Assembly: GCA_039648975.1 (NCBI GenBank)
Contig: JBBWZK010000425.1
Span: 272-64,271 of the forward strand
Direction of reading: 5' to 3'
Length of the DNA: 64,000 nucleotides
From: Blastocatellia bacterium
GTDB lineage: Bacteria; Acidobacteriota; Blastocatellia; UBA7656
This document shows, one piece after another, positions 18,806 through 29,168 of this stretch. The notes under the pieces are model-generated. The model was not told the origin of the DNA. It saw only the letters and a list, made by a program, of their open reading frames with translations, and ran no database searches. A program made the position numbers and the translations under genes. Within the stretch, counting starts at the first letter, position 1. Every line of letters starts with the position of its first letter.

Positions 18806-19240
18806 TTAGGCTTCGGGTTCGGCGGCGGCGCTGCTGAACTCGCCGGCCTTGCGCTTCTCTTCCCGGTAAGCCTGCTTGCCCGCTTCGATGGCCGCCTGAA
18901 TCTGATCTTTTTGACGCGAAGCAACGTCGGCGACGGCTTCCGCGCCCTGCGCCACGCGCTCGCGAGCCGTGCCGTAAACGCCCTGCGCGCGCTCGCGGGC
19001 CGTGCCATAAGCACCCTGTACGCGCTCGCTGGCCGTATCGTAAACTTCCGAGGCACGCGCCCCGATTTGCCGCGCCCCCTCACCCGCCGCGTCGACGCCG
19101 CGCCGCGTATAATCGGCGATGTCGCCGCGCAACTCGCGTCCAGACTTGGGCGCAAACAATAACGCCAGCGTCGCCCCTATGCCCGCGCCAATTAACAGAA
19201 ACGTCAATTTCTCCGATGATGAGCCTTCGTTTTCGGCCAT
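18806..19240 (-). CDS. YtxH domain protein
   Basis: RBS ggagg. LIGAGIGATLALLFAPKSGRELR motif followed by repeated helical A/R/E-rich segments. Confidence 0.8.
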   Translation of the reverse strand: MAENEGSSSEKLTFLLIGAGIGATLALLFAPKSGRELRGDIADYTRRGVDAAGEGARQIGARASEVYDTASERVQGAYGTARERAQGVYGTARERVAQGAEAVADVASRQKDQIQAAIEAGKQAYREEKRKAGEFSSAAAEPEA

Positions 19241-19320
19241 GGTTGCCTCCTGACAAATGGTGTAATCCTACATCCCTGTGCAGCTTGATGAAGACACGCT
19301 CACTATAGCACTTTGGTTTG

Positions 19321-19363
19321 ACTGTCTTCAAGACAGCGACCGCAAAGACGCGCACGTTTCGTT
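19321..19363 (+). repeat. attL candidate (43-bp direct repeat, left copy)
   Basis: actgtcttcaagacagcgaccgcaaagacgcgcacgtttcgtt, 41/43 identical to 50627-50669. Confidence 0.75.
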
Positions 19364-19452
19364 CCCACCGCAAACACCTACACTTTTACGCGGTTGCAGC
19401 GCCTGATGGAACGCTAGATTTCGCTTCAATACGTTCCTCTACGGGATAACCC

Positions 19453-19470
19453 GGTCAAGAAAATGTCACA
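19453..19470 (+). repeat. 18-bp perfect repeat (ggtcaagaaaatgtcaca), left copy
   Basis: Identical to 50528-50545 in the same orientation. Both copies lie inside the element, about 100 bp from the att cores. Confidence 0.7.
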
Positions 19471-19581
19471 GTGAAGTTTACTGAGATGGCGAAGGCGAAG
19501 ATCATTACACTGCGGCGAGATGAAGCGCGAGGCTATGAAGCGTTGCGCCAGTAGGCCGCGCGTGATGACGCGGCGCGCTTC

Positions 19582-19842
19582 GTGCTGGCCGTGCTCGCCT
19601 CGCGCCCGGTGATCATCGGCGACCCGGAGCCGCAAAAGTGGTTTGTGCCGTCGACGTCGCGCGCCGGCGAGTTCCACATCGTTGATATTGAATTGCGCGT
19701 TTGTGATTGCGCCGGCTGGAGTTTCAAGCATCACTGTTCGCATCTGGCCATCGCAGATCGCGCGGCGCGGCTGCGCTATGAACTGACGACTTCGCCGGCC
19801 TTGCCGGTTGACGATTTCGGCCCGCATCCGTCGCGTGATTAG
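19582..19842 (+). CDS. SWIM zinc-finger protein
   Basis: CDCAGWSFKHHCSHL matches the CxCx(n)CxH SWIM signature. GTG start. An in-frame upstream ATG at 19486 is separated from it by a TAG at 19552. Confidence 0.6.
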   Translation: MLAVLASRPVIIGDPEPQKWFVPSTSRAGEFHIVDIELRVCDCAGWSFKHHCSHLAIADRAARLRYELTTSPALPVDDFGPHPSRD

Positions 19843-20108
19843 TTGCGCACGTTGAAGGGTGATCGCATCAGAGCCTGATGCATGGGCTTGCCGGGCGATT
19901 CTGAAAAATGAATCGCTCGCTTTTTTCATTATGGGACGATTGCCCGCCGTGTTATAGTAACTTCACAGCCGAGCGGCAGACTCGGCAGGTTCCAAAGGCT
20001 CAAACAATCGCAACTACAATTAAGGCTCATCACCACCCTTCGCAACTACCGTGCGCGCACGATTCGGTTTTACAAGTGTGGCCTCTGCTACACACCGGAG
20101 GATAAGCT

Positions 20109-20477
20109 ATGGCTTATTGCGAATTAACCGGCTCGCCGGTCGGCTATGATGGGCAGACCGTGCAGCCCGGCATTGTAATTACTTGCTACAAGGTTTTGAG
20201 CAATGCCGGCAGCATCATGCCGACGCAGATAAAAACCTTCACTTCCATGCTCGATGGGACATGGAAGCCGCCGCTACGCTTCGAGCGTGGAAGCGTCGCT
20301 TATCTGTACATGAAAGCGCCCGGATTCGACCGCGATAAAGATCACGGCTCGCCTTTGCAAATCCCTGATGAGGCCACCGCCGAACTGAAAGCCATCTCTG
20401 CCGCCGTCAGTCTGCCGCAGCAGGTTCCGGTGGCAATCCCGCCGTCGATTGTGGGCGATTTCATCAAGCTCGAATAA
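20109..20477 (+). CDS. hypothetical protein
   Basis: 122-aa ORF with RBS ggagg 7 nt upstream. Confidence 0.55.
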   Translation: MAYCELTGSPVGYDGQTVQPGIVITCYKVLSNAGSIMPTQIKTFTSMLDGTWKPPLRFERGSVAYLYMKAPGFDRDKDHGSPLQIPDEATAELKAISAAVSLPQQVPVAIPPSIVGDFIKLE

Positions 20478-20506
20478 GCGAAGACTCTATAAAGGGAATT
20501 ACAATC

Positions 20507-20644
20507 ATGTCAAAAGACAAAGAACCCGAACCGACGAGCAAACCAGACGACCTTGAACCAGAGGCCGGAAAACCCGACAGCGAAGCGCCGCCTTGCGATG
20601 ACGAAAAGACACTGCAAGAGGCTACGGGCTTGGTGACTGAGTAA
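20507..20644 (+). CDS. small acidic/proline-rich hypothetical protein (45 aa)
   Basis: Manual ORF MSKDKEPEPTSKPDDLEPEAGKPDSEAPPCDDEKTLQEATGLVTE, which fills the gap before the next gene. Confidence 0.3.
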   Translation: MSKDKEPEPTSKPDDLEPEAGKPDSEAPPCDDEKTLQEATGLVTE

Positions 20645-20680
20645 GCATTCGCGGCCTTTAATTCAAACTGGAGATGTGTC

Positions 20681-23032
20681 ATGAAAAAGCAACTGACCAT
20701 TTTGGCAAGCATTCTCGTTGTTCTCTTAGCCGTTTGCGGCCTCGCACTGGCGCAAAGTCAATCTGTCAATCAACTGCCGGTCACTACTACCCCGGCGGCC
20801 ACTGACAAGCTCTACATCGTCACCAGCCCGGCCAGCTCGCCCGCCTCGCGCGCCGTCACGGTCGCAACCCTGCTCGGCAACAATGGCATTCAGGCAGTCA
20901 ATGTTAAAGCGTTCGGCGCGAAGGGTGATGGCTTTGTCGTGACCGACGGCGCGATGAACAGCGTCACCAACACGTCGACGCTGACCTGTTCGACCTCGCA
21001 CCCGTTCACGGCGGCAATGGTCGGCATGAGGATTGACGTGAATCAAGCCGGGGCGCTGGCAAGTTCTTATTACAACAATTTGACCGGCACGATTGTTTCT
21101 TATATCAGTGCATCTCAAGTAACCGTCTCGTTTACTTGCCTGCACACAGTAAGCGGCGCGCAAGTGGTTGTCACCTCAGACGACACAACGGCGATCAGCA
21201 ATGCGAAGACTGCGGCGGGCGCACACGGCACGGTTTATTTTCCGCGCGGCATCTACGGCATCTCTGCGCAACTCTCGCCGCTCTCAGAACAGACATGGGC
21301 CGGCGAGGGCATCGGCGTCTCTGTGCTCTATCAGATGGGCGTCGTGAGGCCGACGAGCGGCAGCGCCTACAACGGCATCAACATCGCCGACGGTGTACAG
21401 GATGTCACGCTACGCGATTTCAGCCTCAGAGGGACGAACCTCCAAGGGGCAAGCATCGCCGGCGCGGTCGCCTTCGGCATCAAGGTCGGCACCGGCGCGG
21501 GCGGCGCAATTTCCAATGTCACCATTCAAAACGTCGAGGTCGGATTCATCTATGGCCTTGGCCTTTGCTCTGACGGCGATGCAGGCGACCAGGCCGGCGC
21601 GGCGGCTACCGTCATCAATACCCGCATCCTGGCTTGTAATATCCACCACTGTAGCGATAACGGGGTCAACGTCAACACCGGCGGCGGCCTGGAGATCGGG
21701 GGGTCGTTCCTCACTGATAACGGCGCGGCGGGCATCGAGTTCTCCGGCTCGCTCGCTAATTTTCATGACAATTTCATTCTCAGGAATCGCGGCGGCGTAT
21801 CACTCGGCGGCCTCGGCAATCCGAGTTTGGGCAGGGATAATCTACTGACGCGCAACTTCATCGCGCGCAACGGCAGCGGCGGCAGCGGCGCAGGCGTGCA
21901 GATCGGCGGCAACGTAGTCCACGCGCTCGTCAGTTGGAATTTCATCAAGGAGAATGAGTATCAAGGGGTAGGGATCACAGACGGCAATCCTGACTTCGCT
22001 TCACTCTCAAGAGATATTACTGTCGCACAAAATCAGATCATCTCGAACGGCACGAGCTTCCCCGGCAGAGGCATCGTCGTCGGCATGGATGATGTCGTGA
22101 TCAGTGAAAATGACATTTTCGATGACGGCGTGCCGGGATACTCTCAAAGTTTCGGCCTGGTGATCGGCAATGATAATGTGAAGCTGTTGCACAACCGGGC
22201 GCGCAATAATCCGGGCTATGATTATGTGTTCGGCTCCTGCACCAATGCGCGGCTGGTACGCGATGATACAATCAGCACTATTCAGCAGTATGAGCCGAAT
22301 GGCTGGCAAGGTACGCTCGACACGAGTTCGACAACCGCGACGTGGAAAAGCGGCAACCTGTTTAACTCAAAATGGGTCGGTGTGCCGCTCAAGATCGGCT
22401 CGGTTTATTACGCCATCTCAGCCGTCGCCGCTGCGCCAACAGGCAACTTCACGGCGAGCGGCCTGACCATCACGCGCACATCGGGAACAAGCTTTGATAC
22501 TGCATGGGCCGGCAAGTATATCAGGCTCGGCGCGTCGCTTTACTTCCCGATTGCATCTGTAGCAGACGGCGACCATCTGACGATCAGCAACGGCATCGGC
22601 AACACCGTTCCGGCCTCTGGCGCGTGGACGCTGAACGGCTCAGTGAGCCTTACGCTTGCGGCATCTGCCGGCACGCAGACCGGCGCGGCATGGGTGATCC
22701 CGCCGCACGTCACATACTCGCCTGAGAACGCGGTTTTGCAGATCGTTCCCTTTTCGGCGACGCCGGTCTTCGATGCGAGCCAGGGCAACACGATGCGAAT
22801 TGATCTGACGGCCAACGTGACATCGAGCCAGATCATAAACGGGGTTGACGGGCAGATCATCACATTCATCATCGTGCAAGATTCTGGAGGTAGCCATACG
22901 TTTTCATGGCCAACGAATGTATTGTCACCTACAACCATCGGCTCGACGGCGAGCAAGTTTAACGTGCAGAGTTTTCGCCGGCTCATCGGGTTCTGGTTCC
23001 CGATTGCCGACGGCAAGACGAATCTTGGATAA
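20681..23032 (+). CDS. secreted right-handed beta-helix protein (pectate-lyase/tailspike-like)
   Basis: Signal peptide. VNVKAFGAKGDG...TVYFPRGIY N-terminal signature, then repeated G/N/I-rich beta-helix turns. Confidence 0.8.
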   Translation: MKKQLTILASILVVLLAVCGLALAQSQSVNQLPVTTTPAATDKLYIVTSPASSPASRAVTVATLLGNNGIQAVNVKAFGAKGDGFVVTDGAMNSVTNTSTLTCSTSHPFTAAMVGMRIDVNQAGALASSYYNNLTGTIVSYISASQVTVSFTCLHTVSGAQVVVTSDDTTAISNAKTAAGAHGTVYFPRGIYGISAQLSPLSEQTWAGEGIGVSVLYQMGVVRPTSGSAYNGINIADGVQDVTLRDFSLRGTNLQGASIAGAVAFGIKVGTGAGGAISNVTIQNVEVGFIYGLGLCSDGDAGDQAGAAATVINTRILACNIHHCSDNGVNVNTGGGLEIGGSFLTDNGAAGIEFSGSLANFHDNFILRNRGGVSLGGLGNPSLGRDNLLTRNFIARNGSGGSGAGVQIGGNVVHALVSWNFIKENEYQGVGITDGNPDFASLSRDITVAQNQIISNGTSFPGRGIVVGMDDVVISENDIFDDGVPGYSQSFGLVIGNDNVKLLHNRARNNPGYDYVFGSCTNARLVRDDTISTIQQYEPNGWQGTLDTSSTTATWKSGNLFNSKWVGVPLKIGSVYYAISAVAAAPTGNFTASGLTITRTSGTSFDTAWAGKYIRLGASLYFPIASVADGDHLTISNGIGNTVPASGAWTLNGSVSLTLAASAGTQTGAAWVIPPHVTYSPENAVLQIVPFSATPVFDASQGNTMRIDLTANVTSSQIINGVDGQIITFIIVQDSGGSHTFSWPTNVLSPTTIGSTASKFNVQSFRRLIGFWFPIADGKTNLG

Positions 23033-23074
23033 GGCGCAAGGCGGCTATACTGATGCGCGAGCAGGATTGAAACG

Positions 23075-23479
23075 ATGGATATAGCAAATCGTTTGAGCCG
23101 AATAGAGCAGGCCGTCAACACGCGGCTGTCGGCACTGATGCGGCCCGATGATCAGTTAGAGCTTGACTATGATTACTTGCGGCGCGTCGCTGAATATGCG
23201 GGCTTTCCGGTGCCATCGAAAGATCAGATGGTTAGCCAGTGGCGAGATCATGACCGGCAGTGCGCGCGGCTTATGCTGGCCACAGACTGCGGGGTTGAAG
23301 AATCCGCCGTGCAGACGCTGCTCGACGATCCCCAACATCAAGGAACCAAAGAAGAGGCATGGCGGGCGCTTGATGAGATGTCCCGGCTTCGCGAGGCTGT
23401 CAGGCTCGACATGGAATCTGGAAAGCCCGGCGATCAGTCAGAAGCAGGCAATCGGCTGCGCGTCCTGCTGATGCAATGA
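23075..23479 (+). CDS. hypothetical protein
   Basis: 134-aa ORF in a tightly packed same-strand series. Confidence 0.55.
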   Translation: MDIANRLSRIEQAVNTRLSALMRPDDQLELDYDYLRRVAEYAGFPVPSKDQMVSQWRDHDRQCARLMLATDCGVEESAVQTLLDDPQHQGTKEEAWRALDEMSRLREAVRLDMESGKPGDQSEAGNRLRVLLMQ

Positions 23480-23480
23480 A

Positions 23481-23876
23481 ATGAGAGATAATGAGAGACA
23501 AACGGCGGATTTGCTAACCGCGAAGCAGACGCGGGCGATGCTGGCGATGCTCGAGCATCCGACGATCAGAGAGGCGGCGGCGGCGGTCAAGGTCAACGAA
23601 TCAACCTTGTATCGATGGTTACAGGAGCCGCGATTCAAAGCGGCTTATATGGAGGCCCGGCGCGAAGCCGTGTCACAATCCATCGCTCATTTACAGAGCG
23701 TGACCGGTGAGGCCGTCACCTGTTTGCGCGACGTGATGAAAAGCTCATCGGCGAGCGATGCCGCGAAAGTGTCAGCCGCCCGTGCCGTGCTGGAGTTGGC
23801 GTTGAAGGCGGTTGAAGTCGAAGACTTGGCCGAACGGGTGAAGCATCTTGAAACCTTGCTGGAGCAAAAGAAATGA
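23481..23876 (+). CDS. small HTH protein (phage regulatory / terminase-small-subunit-like)
   Basis: HTH-like segment TIREAAAAVKVNESTLYRWLQEPRF. The stop overlaps the next start. Confidence 0.55.
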   Translation: MRDNERQTADLLTAKQTRAMLAMLEHPTIREAAAAVKVNESTLYRWLQEPRFKAAYMEARREAVSQSIAHLQSVTGEAVTCLRDVMKSSSASDAAKVSAARAVLELALKAVEVEDLAERVKHLETLLEQKK

Positions 23877-24190
23877 CGCTGAGATCAAGAGTTGAAAGAA
23901 TCGAATCGGGCATTGACATCGCCGCGCTTACGCCTGCACAGGTGGTGCGGCTTGATGTAACGATGCTCACAAAAGCGCAACTCCAAGCCTCGAACATATC
24001 GCACCTGACGGAAGATCAATTATGCATGCTCAATGTCCGTGATTTGAGCGACGCGCAGATCGACGCGATTCATGAGGCGTCGCCGCCTGAAGTGAGGGCA
24101 TGGCTTGAGAGTCTAACTGATGACGAATTGCGGGCGATCATCAATGGAGAGATGCCCATACCAGGCGCTTTGCTGTGTGCGGAAGCGTGA
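23873..24190 (+). CDS. hypothetical protein
   Basis: 105-aa ORF whose start overlaps the previous stop (ATGA). Confidence 0.5.
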   Translation: MTLRSRVERIESGIDIAALTPAQVVRLDVTMLTKAQLQASNISHLTEDQLCMLNVRDLSDAQIDAIHEASPPEVRAWLESLTDDELRAIINGEMPIPGALLCAEA

Positions 24191-24203
24191 CGGAGTTGAT
24201 GAA

Positions 24204-24404
24204 GTGACGATTAAAAACCGAGTCGAGAAACTTGAACAGCACGCCCGCGACATCGAACTGGACAATCGCGTTGAGTTGGTGTTGCCCTGGCCGGGACAGG
24301 AGCCAATCAGAATGATGGTTCCGCCGCGAACAATCGAGATGATCAATAAAGCCTATGGGCCGGAGGCGCAACGTCTGCGGCATGAGAGCTCCAGGCGGGA
24401 ATAA
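24204..24404 (+). CDS. hypothetical protein (GTG start, uncertain)
   Basis: VTIKNRVEKLEQHARD... shares an RVE(K/R)(L/I)E N-terminal motif with the preceding protein. Confidence 0.35.
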   Translation: MTIKNRVEKLEQHARDIELDNRVELVLPWPGQEPIRMMVPPRTIEMINKAYGPEAQRLRHESSRRE

Positions 24405-24410
24405 AAAGGC

Positions 24411-24623
24411 ATGGCAAAGATCGTCACAGCGGAAGTTGAAGACAAACGGCGCGAGTTGCTCGCCGCGCTGCGCGACGCAATGCAGGCGTCAGGCGCGACG
24501 CGCGACCAGGCCGAAGCGCAGCTATCGAGCTTCTTTGGTCGTCTGTGGAATAAGTCTGAAGCGTTCGCCCGGCAACTGCCGGCGTGCTTTGACAGTTGCG
24601 CCAGATCAAATGCGCGAAGTTGA
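24411..24623 (+). CDS. hypothetical protein
   Basis: 70-aa ORF, last in the same-strand series. Confidence 0.4.
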   Translation: MAKIVTAEVEDKRRELLAALRDAMQASGATRDQAEAQLSSFFGRLWNKSEAFARQLPACFDSCARSNARS

Positions 24624-25250
24624 TACTCTGCACGATGTTAAAAGACGGGATTGATGGTGTACACTGGAATCTTGCAGGCCCCAGCTCCGCCGCGTCACCT
24701 TGCGGGACAAGATAAGGCGAAGGTCATCTGTCCCACCTCTGCATGGGCCTCCTGTCCTTGTTATAAGCTCAAGCAAAATAATCGTTTAATAATCAGCTTC
24801 GTAAAGGTTCCACGCGGGACATTGCGGGACAAGCAGAGGGGGGAGAGACTATCCTACTCATGCGGGCGGGCGATGCTGAACCGACGCATAGCGACGCACC
24901 AAAATAGCCCGCCGTCGCGTTTACTTGACCTGTAAGCATTCCGGGGTCGTGGCCCGTTCGGCAAAGCAATCGCCTCAGACAGCTAAGGCAACTCGCACGG
25001 CGATGGGCTGTAGAGATGTTCCTAGCGTGGGTTATTTGTCCCCAAGCGCCCCATTCAGCGACATTGAATAGAATTTTGCCAGCCGGCAACATAGCCCTAA
25101 GTGGGACAAGTAAATGACCAATTTCCTGCTTCCAGGAGCGGGCTGATGGAATACTCCTTGCAGTTGTGTGGGGGCCCTCGTCGTGTAGATACCCTTGCAG
25201 AAATTTCTGGGGCAGCCGAAGCCTGGCCAACTCAGGGAGCAAACAGTCCA

Positions 25251-28200
25251 ATGAAATCAATAAAATCAAGTGGTGGAGAAATGACTGCGGTGAAGAAAGC
25301 GTTTTTGCCTAAGTGGCACTATATCTATTACCTGCTGGCGGCTTTCGATGTGCTCATCGTCTTGATGAGCCTGTTTCTCACTCATCATATCGTTGGCAGT
25401 TACACAAAATCGCTCTCCGTCAATCAGGGATGGTCTGAACGAGTTCACAGGTTTGCAGAACTCGATCCGCTGGCTAGTGCGGTAGACCGACCAGGCAACG
25501 ACATCTTTGAATCGCAGGACGTAGAGGCTGAATTTGCGAAGACGCGTAGCGCGGTGGAGGCTTTCAACGAGCGCATCGATGATCTAAGTACGGAGGTCAG
25601 ACGTGACATAGCCCAGGAGCAGGCAGGTATATTGATAGAAAACTTGCATGCGGCCAAGGCCAAAGTAGCCGAGATGGCTGACGAGGCGGGCTTGATCTTT
25701 GCCTATTTCAAACTGAATCAGCGCGACATGGCTGCCAAGCAGATGGTGGCGCTTGATCACAAGTACGACGAGTTCAGCCAGGTATCGGACCGCTTACGCG
25801 AAGACGTCGCGGCAATTCAGAAGGAACTCTTCTCCAAACAAGAACTATCAGCCGCTTCTCAGCAGAAGTTCGAGTACATCATTGCCGTATGTGTTCTCCT
25901 GATGGTTAGCGCAGCGACCCTCTATGGCCACAAAATCGCCAAGCAGATGCAGGCAGATGCGCAGGAAAAAGAGCGGCACATTGAAAGTTTGCGAGATGCA
26001 AAAGAGGCACTGCGTGGGGCGCACGACGGCTTAGAGAAACGCGCCGCAGAGTTGGCAAACGTCAATGATGCATTGCAGCTTGAAATCACCGAGCGTGAGC
26101 ATGTGGAAAAGGCACTCAGGCAAAGCGAAGAGCGCTACAGATCGATCATTGAAAATATGCACGACGGCTACTTCGAAATGGACATCAGAGGCAATTTAAC
26201 CTTCTTCAACGATGCTCTATGCAAAGTACACAAACGGTCGAGGGAGGAGTTGCTCGGCAGGAATAATCGAGACTACATGGACGCGGAGACCGCCAAAAGG
26301 TTTTATGCCATCTTCAAGCAAGTCTATGATACCGGTGAAACCGTTAGGGATCTTGTCTGGAAGCGCACACGGCCAGATGATGGCGAGCGCTGGTTTGAAT
26401 ATTCCGTCTCCCTGATGAAAGATATCGAAAGTAAGGCCATCGGCTACCGGGGAATCTCGCGCGACATTACCCAGCGCATCCTGTACGAGGAAGCCCTGCA
26501 GAAGTCCAAAGAATCAGCCGAAAGTGCCAGCCGCGCCAAGAGCGAGTTTCTCGCCAATATGAGCCACGAGATTCGCACCCCCATGAATGGCATCATCGGC
26601 ATGACGGAGCTTGCGCTAGATACTGACCTTACAGCCGAGCAACGCGACTACCTCGGTATGGTTAAGGCTTCAGCCAATTCTCTAATGACCGTGATCAACG
26701 ATATTCTCGACTTTTCCAAAATTGAAGCCGGCAAGCTTGATCTTGACGCCACTGACTTCAGCCTGCGCCAGAGCCTCGGTGAAACCTTGAAGACACTAGC
26801 AATCAGGGCGCATGAGAAAGGCCTTGAGTTGGCCTTCCAGATTTCTCCTGATGTGCCGGACCTGTTGGTGGGCGACGCGGGCCGCCTGCGGCAGATCATT
26901 GTTAACCTGGTCGGCAATGCTATCAAATTCACTGATGAAGGCGAGGTCATCGTCCGCGCCGAAACCCAATGGCGGAACGATGACGAGATCGGCCTGCATT
27001 TGGCGGTCGCAGACACCGGCATTGGCATCCCGGCTGAAAAACAGAGGCTGATCTTCGATGCCTTCACTCAGGCGGACGGCTCGACTACACGCCAGTATGG
27101 CGGCACCGGGCTGGGGCTGGCGATCTCCTCCCAACTGGTTCAATTGATGGGCGGTCAGATTTTGGTCGAAAGCAAACCCGGGCGCGGCAGTAACTTTCAC
27201 TTCACACTGCCTCTCGCGCTTGGTAAGGGAGTGGCCAAAATACCGGTTCCGGCTGAACCAGTCGAGCTGCGCAACTTGCGTGTCCTGGTGGTTGATGACA
27301 ATGCCACCAATCGGCGCATTCTCGAAGAGATGCTGATCAACTGGCATATGCGAGCGACGGCAGTTGATGGGGGAAGGGCCGCGATTGACACTCTGAAGCA
27401 GGCTCAGGCTGCCGGAGAGCCGTTTACCCTCGTGCTGCTCGATGCTCAGATGCCGGAGGTGGATGGCTTTATGGTGGCTGAACAGATCAAGCAAAGCAGT
27501 GAACTCGCCAGGACGACTATCATGATGCTGACCTCCAATAATCAGCGCGGCGATGCGGCCCGCTGCCGGGAGTTGGGCGTCGCTTTATACATTACTAAGC
27601 CCATTATGCAGGCAAACCTTATTGACGCCATAATGACTGTTCTAGGCACGGCATCACCTGTCGAGGTGTTGTCGGCTGGAACCCTCCAGCGCTCGCCCTG
27701 CGAAAGCCGAGGCCACGTTCTTCTAGCGGAGGATAACGCGATTAACCAAAGGTTAGCGGTTCATCTGCTGGAGAAGCAGGGTTACACGGTCGTGGTCGCG
27801 GTAAATGGCAAGCAGGCGCTTGCCGCCCTGGAAAAAGAGCGCTTCGATCTTGTCCTGATGGATGTTCAAATGCCTGAGATGAATGGCTTCGACGCCACCG
27901 CTTTGATCCGCCAGAGGGAGCGAACAACCGGCGCGCACGTCCCGGTTATCGCCATGACTGCCCATGCTATGAAGGGAGACCGCGAGCGCTGTCTCGAAGC
28001 TGGAATGGATGAGTATATATCGAAACCCTTACAGGTTAATGAACTCTTGCGGGTGATCCAAGGTCTGCTCCCTGTATCTACCACGCCCGACCAGGTGCCA
28101 GTTGAGAAGGCGTTCAACGCTGAGGCAGTTGTCGCCCAAGTTGATGGCGATATGGATCTGCTGCAACACCTCATTAAATTGTTTCTCGCAGAACTGCCAA

Positions 28201-28451
28201 GTTATCTGTCGGAAATGCGGGAAGCTGCCGCACGCGGCGATAGCGAAAGGTTAGAGCGTACCGCCCACACCCTGAAAGGTTCGGTCAGCATTTTCCACGC
28301 CAGCTCTGTTGTCGAAGCGGCCCATCGGCTGGAAATGGTGGGACGTCAAGACAACTTGGCCACCGCAGAGGAGGCATTAGCCGCGTTGGAACACGAACTC
28401 GCCTGGCTTAAGCCGGCGCTGATCACATTTGAAATGGAGTATGCACAGTGA
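25251..28451 (+). CDS. hybrid sensor histidine kinase (TM, coiled coil, PAS, HisKA, HATPase, 2 receivers, HPt)
   Basis: H-box [16 protein letters not shown] and G2 box GTGLGLAIS. Receivers VLVVDDN...[11 protein letters not shown] and VLLAEDN...[11 protein letters not shown]. HPt AHTLKGS. Start chosen at MKSIK; alternatives are 25101 and 25281. Confidence 0.9.
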   Translation: MKSIKSSGGEMTAVKKAFLPKWHYIYYLLAAFDVLIVLMSLFLTHHIVGSYTKSLSVNQGWSERVHRFAELDPLASAVDRPGNDIFESQDVEAEFAKTRSAVEAFNERIDDLSTEVRRDIAQEQAGILIENLHAAKAKVAEMADEAGLIFAYFKLNQRDMAAKQMVALDHKYDEFSQVSDRLREDVAAIQKELFSKQELSAASQQKFEYIIAVCVLLMVSAATLYGHKIAKQMQADAQEKERHIESLRDAKEALRGAHDGLEKRAAELANVNDALQLEITEREHVEKALRQSEERYRSIIENMHDGYFEMDIRGNLTFFNDALCKVHKRSREELLGRNNRDYMDAETAKRFYAIFKQVYDTGETVRDLVWKRTRPDDGERWFEYSVSLMKDIESKAIGYRGISRDITQRILYEEALQKSKESAESASRAKSEFLANMSHEIRTPMNGIIGMTELALDTDLTAEQRDYLGMVKASANSLMTVINDILDFSKIEAGKLDLDATDFSLRQSLGETLKTLAIRAHEKGLELAFQISPDVPDLLVGDAGRLRQIIVNLVGNAIKFTDEGEVIVRAETQWRNDDEIGLHLAVADTGIGIPAEKQRLIFDAFTQADGSTTRQYGGTGLGLAISSQLVQLMGGQILVESKPGRGSNFHFTLPLALGKGVAKIPVPAEPVELRNLRVLVVDDNATNRRILEEMLINWHMRATAVDGGRAAIDTLKQAQAAGEPFTLVLLDAQMPEVDGFMVAEQIKQSSELARTTIMMLTSNNQRGDAARCRELGVALYITKPIMQANLIDAIMTVLGTASPVEVLSAGTLQRSPCESRGHVLLAEDNAINQRLAVHLLEKQGYTVVVAVNGKQALAALEKERFDLVLMDVQMPEMNGFDATALIRQRERTTGAHVPVIAMTAHAMKGDRERCLEAGMDEYISKPLQVNELLRVIQGLLPVSTTPDQVPVEKAFNAEAVVAQVDGDMDLLQHLIKLFLAELPSYLSEMREAAARGDSERLERTAHTLKGSVSIFHASSVVEAAHRLEMVGRQDNLATAEEALAALEHELAWLKPALITFEMEYAQ

Positions 28452-29168
28452 GCGGCCTTATTGCCGTGGACGACGCGCGCTATCACACTGTTTGCTTGAG
28501 GCCAAGCTGAGACATTGGGCCGTGGCAAAGCTTACGATAGCTTCTGCCGGCGCCTAATGCTACAGATCACCGGATCGCCGCGCAGCATATTCCCACTCAC
28601 CTCACTTTGCAAGCAAGCGGTTGCTCGCATTACGGCCCGGCTGTGGAGGTAGCCGCCGCCATGGTGCGCCAAGTTTGAGATATGAGCGTTCAGAGGCTCT
28701 ATGCCTCACCTGGCCAGAACCTCGCCTCAGATGGCCTAAGCAGCGCACACAAGAATAGCCTCTAAGCCGATACTTCAACGAACGCTCGCTGGATCCTCCG
28801 TTCTGTTGTAGGACAAAGCTCGACAGGTGGGGCTCAAAACGTCTTACCCAATAATAGGGTTCATCCTGATACCCATCTATGACTCGGTTTTTTATACTCT
28901 GGGGAAGAAGTGCGGCAACATTACTGCCGGGCTTTTTTCGATGATCGACGTGCCCTCTCCTTGCTAGTTGGAACTACCGATTGAACAGCACATGAGGCGG
29001 ATTGGTTACAACCTCCTCTGCGGCTATAAAAAACATTGTGCTGTAACTTACAAAAGGACTATCATCGCGACGCGGGCGATTAATCGCGCCGCTCGTATCT
29101 GATGCAACGGGCATCGAAAGCACTGCGCGACAGCCGGCTACCATCGCCATACTATTGGAGTAACTAAG

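Noticed and set aside
19241-19320. tRNA or tmRNA gene as integration target at attL/attR
   Set aside because: No cloverleaf-compatible sequence or T-loop (GTTCRANNC) is seen next to either repeat. The target appears to be intergenic.
19426-19929. 167-aa minus-strand ORF at the left end of the element
   Set aside because: It overlaps the SWIM zinc-finger ORF on the plus strand. It is Arg-rich with no motif.
24793-25269. 158-aa minus-strand ORF and 94-aa plus-strand ORF (24651-24935) in the junction region
   Set aside because: They have no RBS, odd composition and no motif. The region is treated as non-coding with GGGACA motifs.
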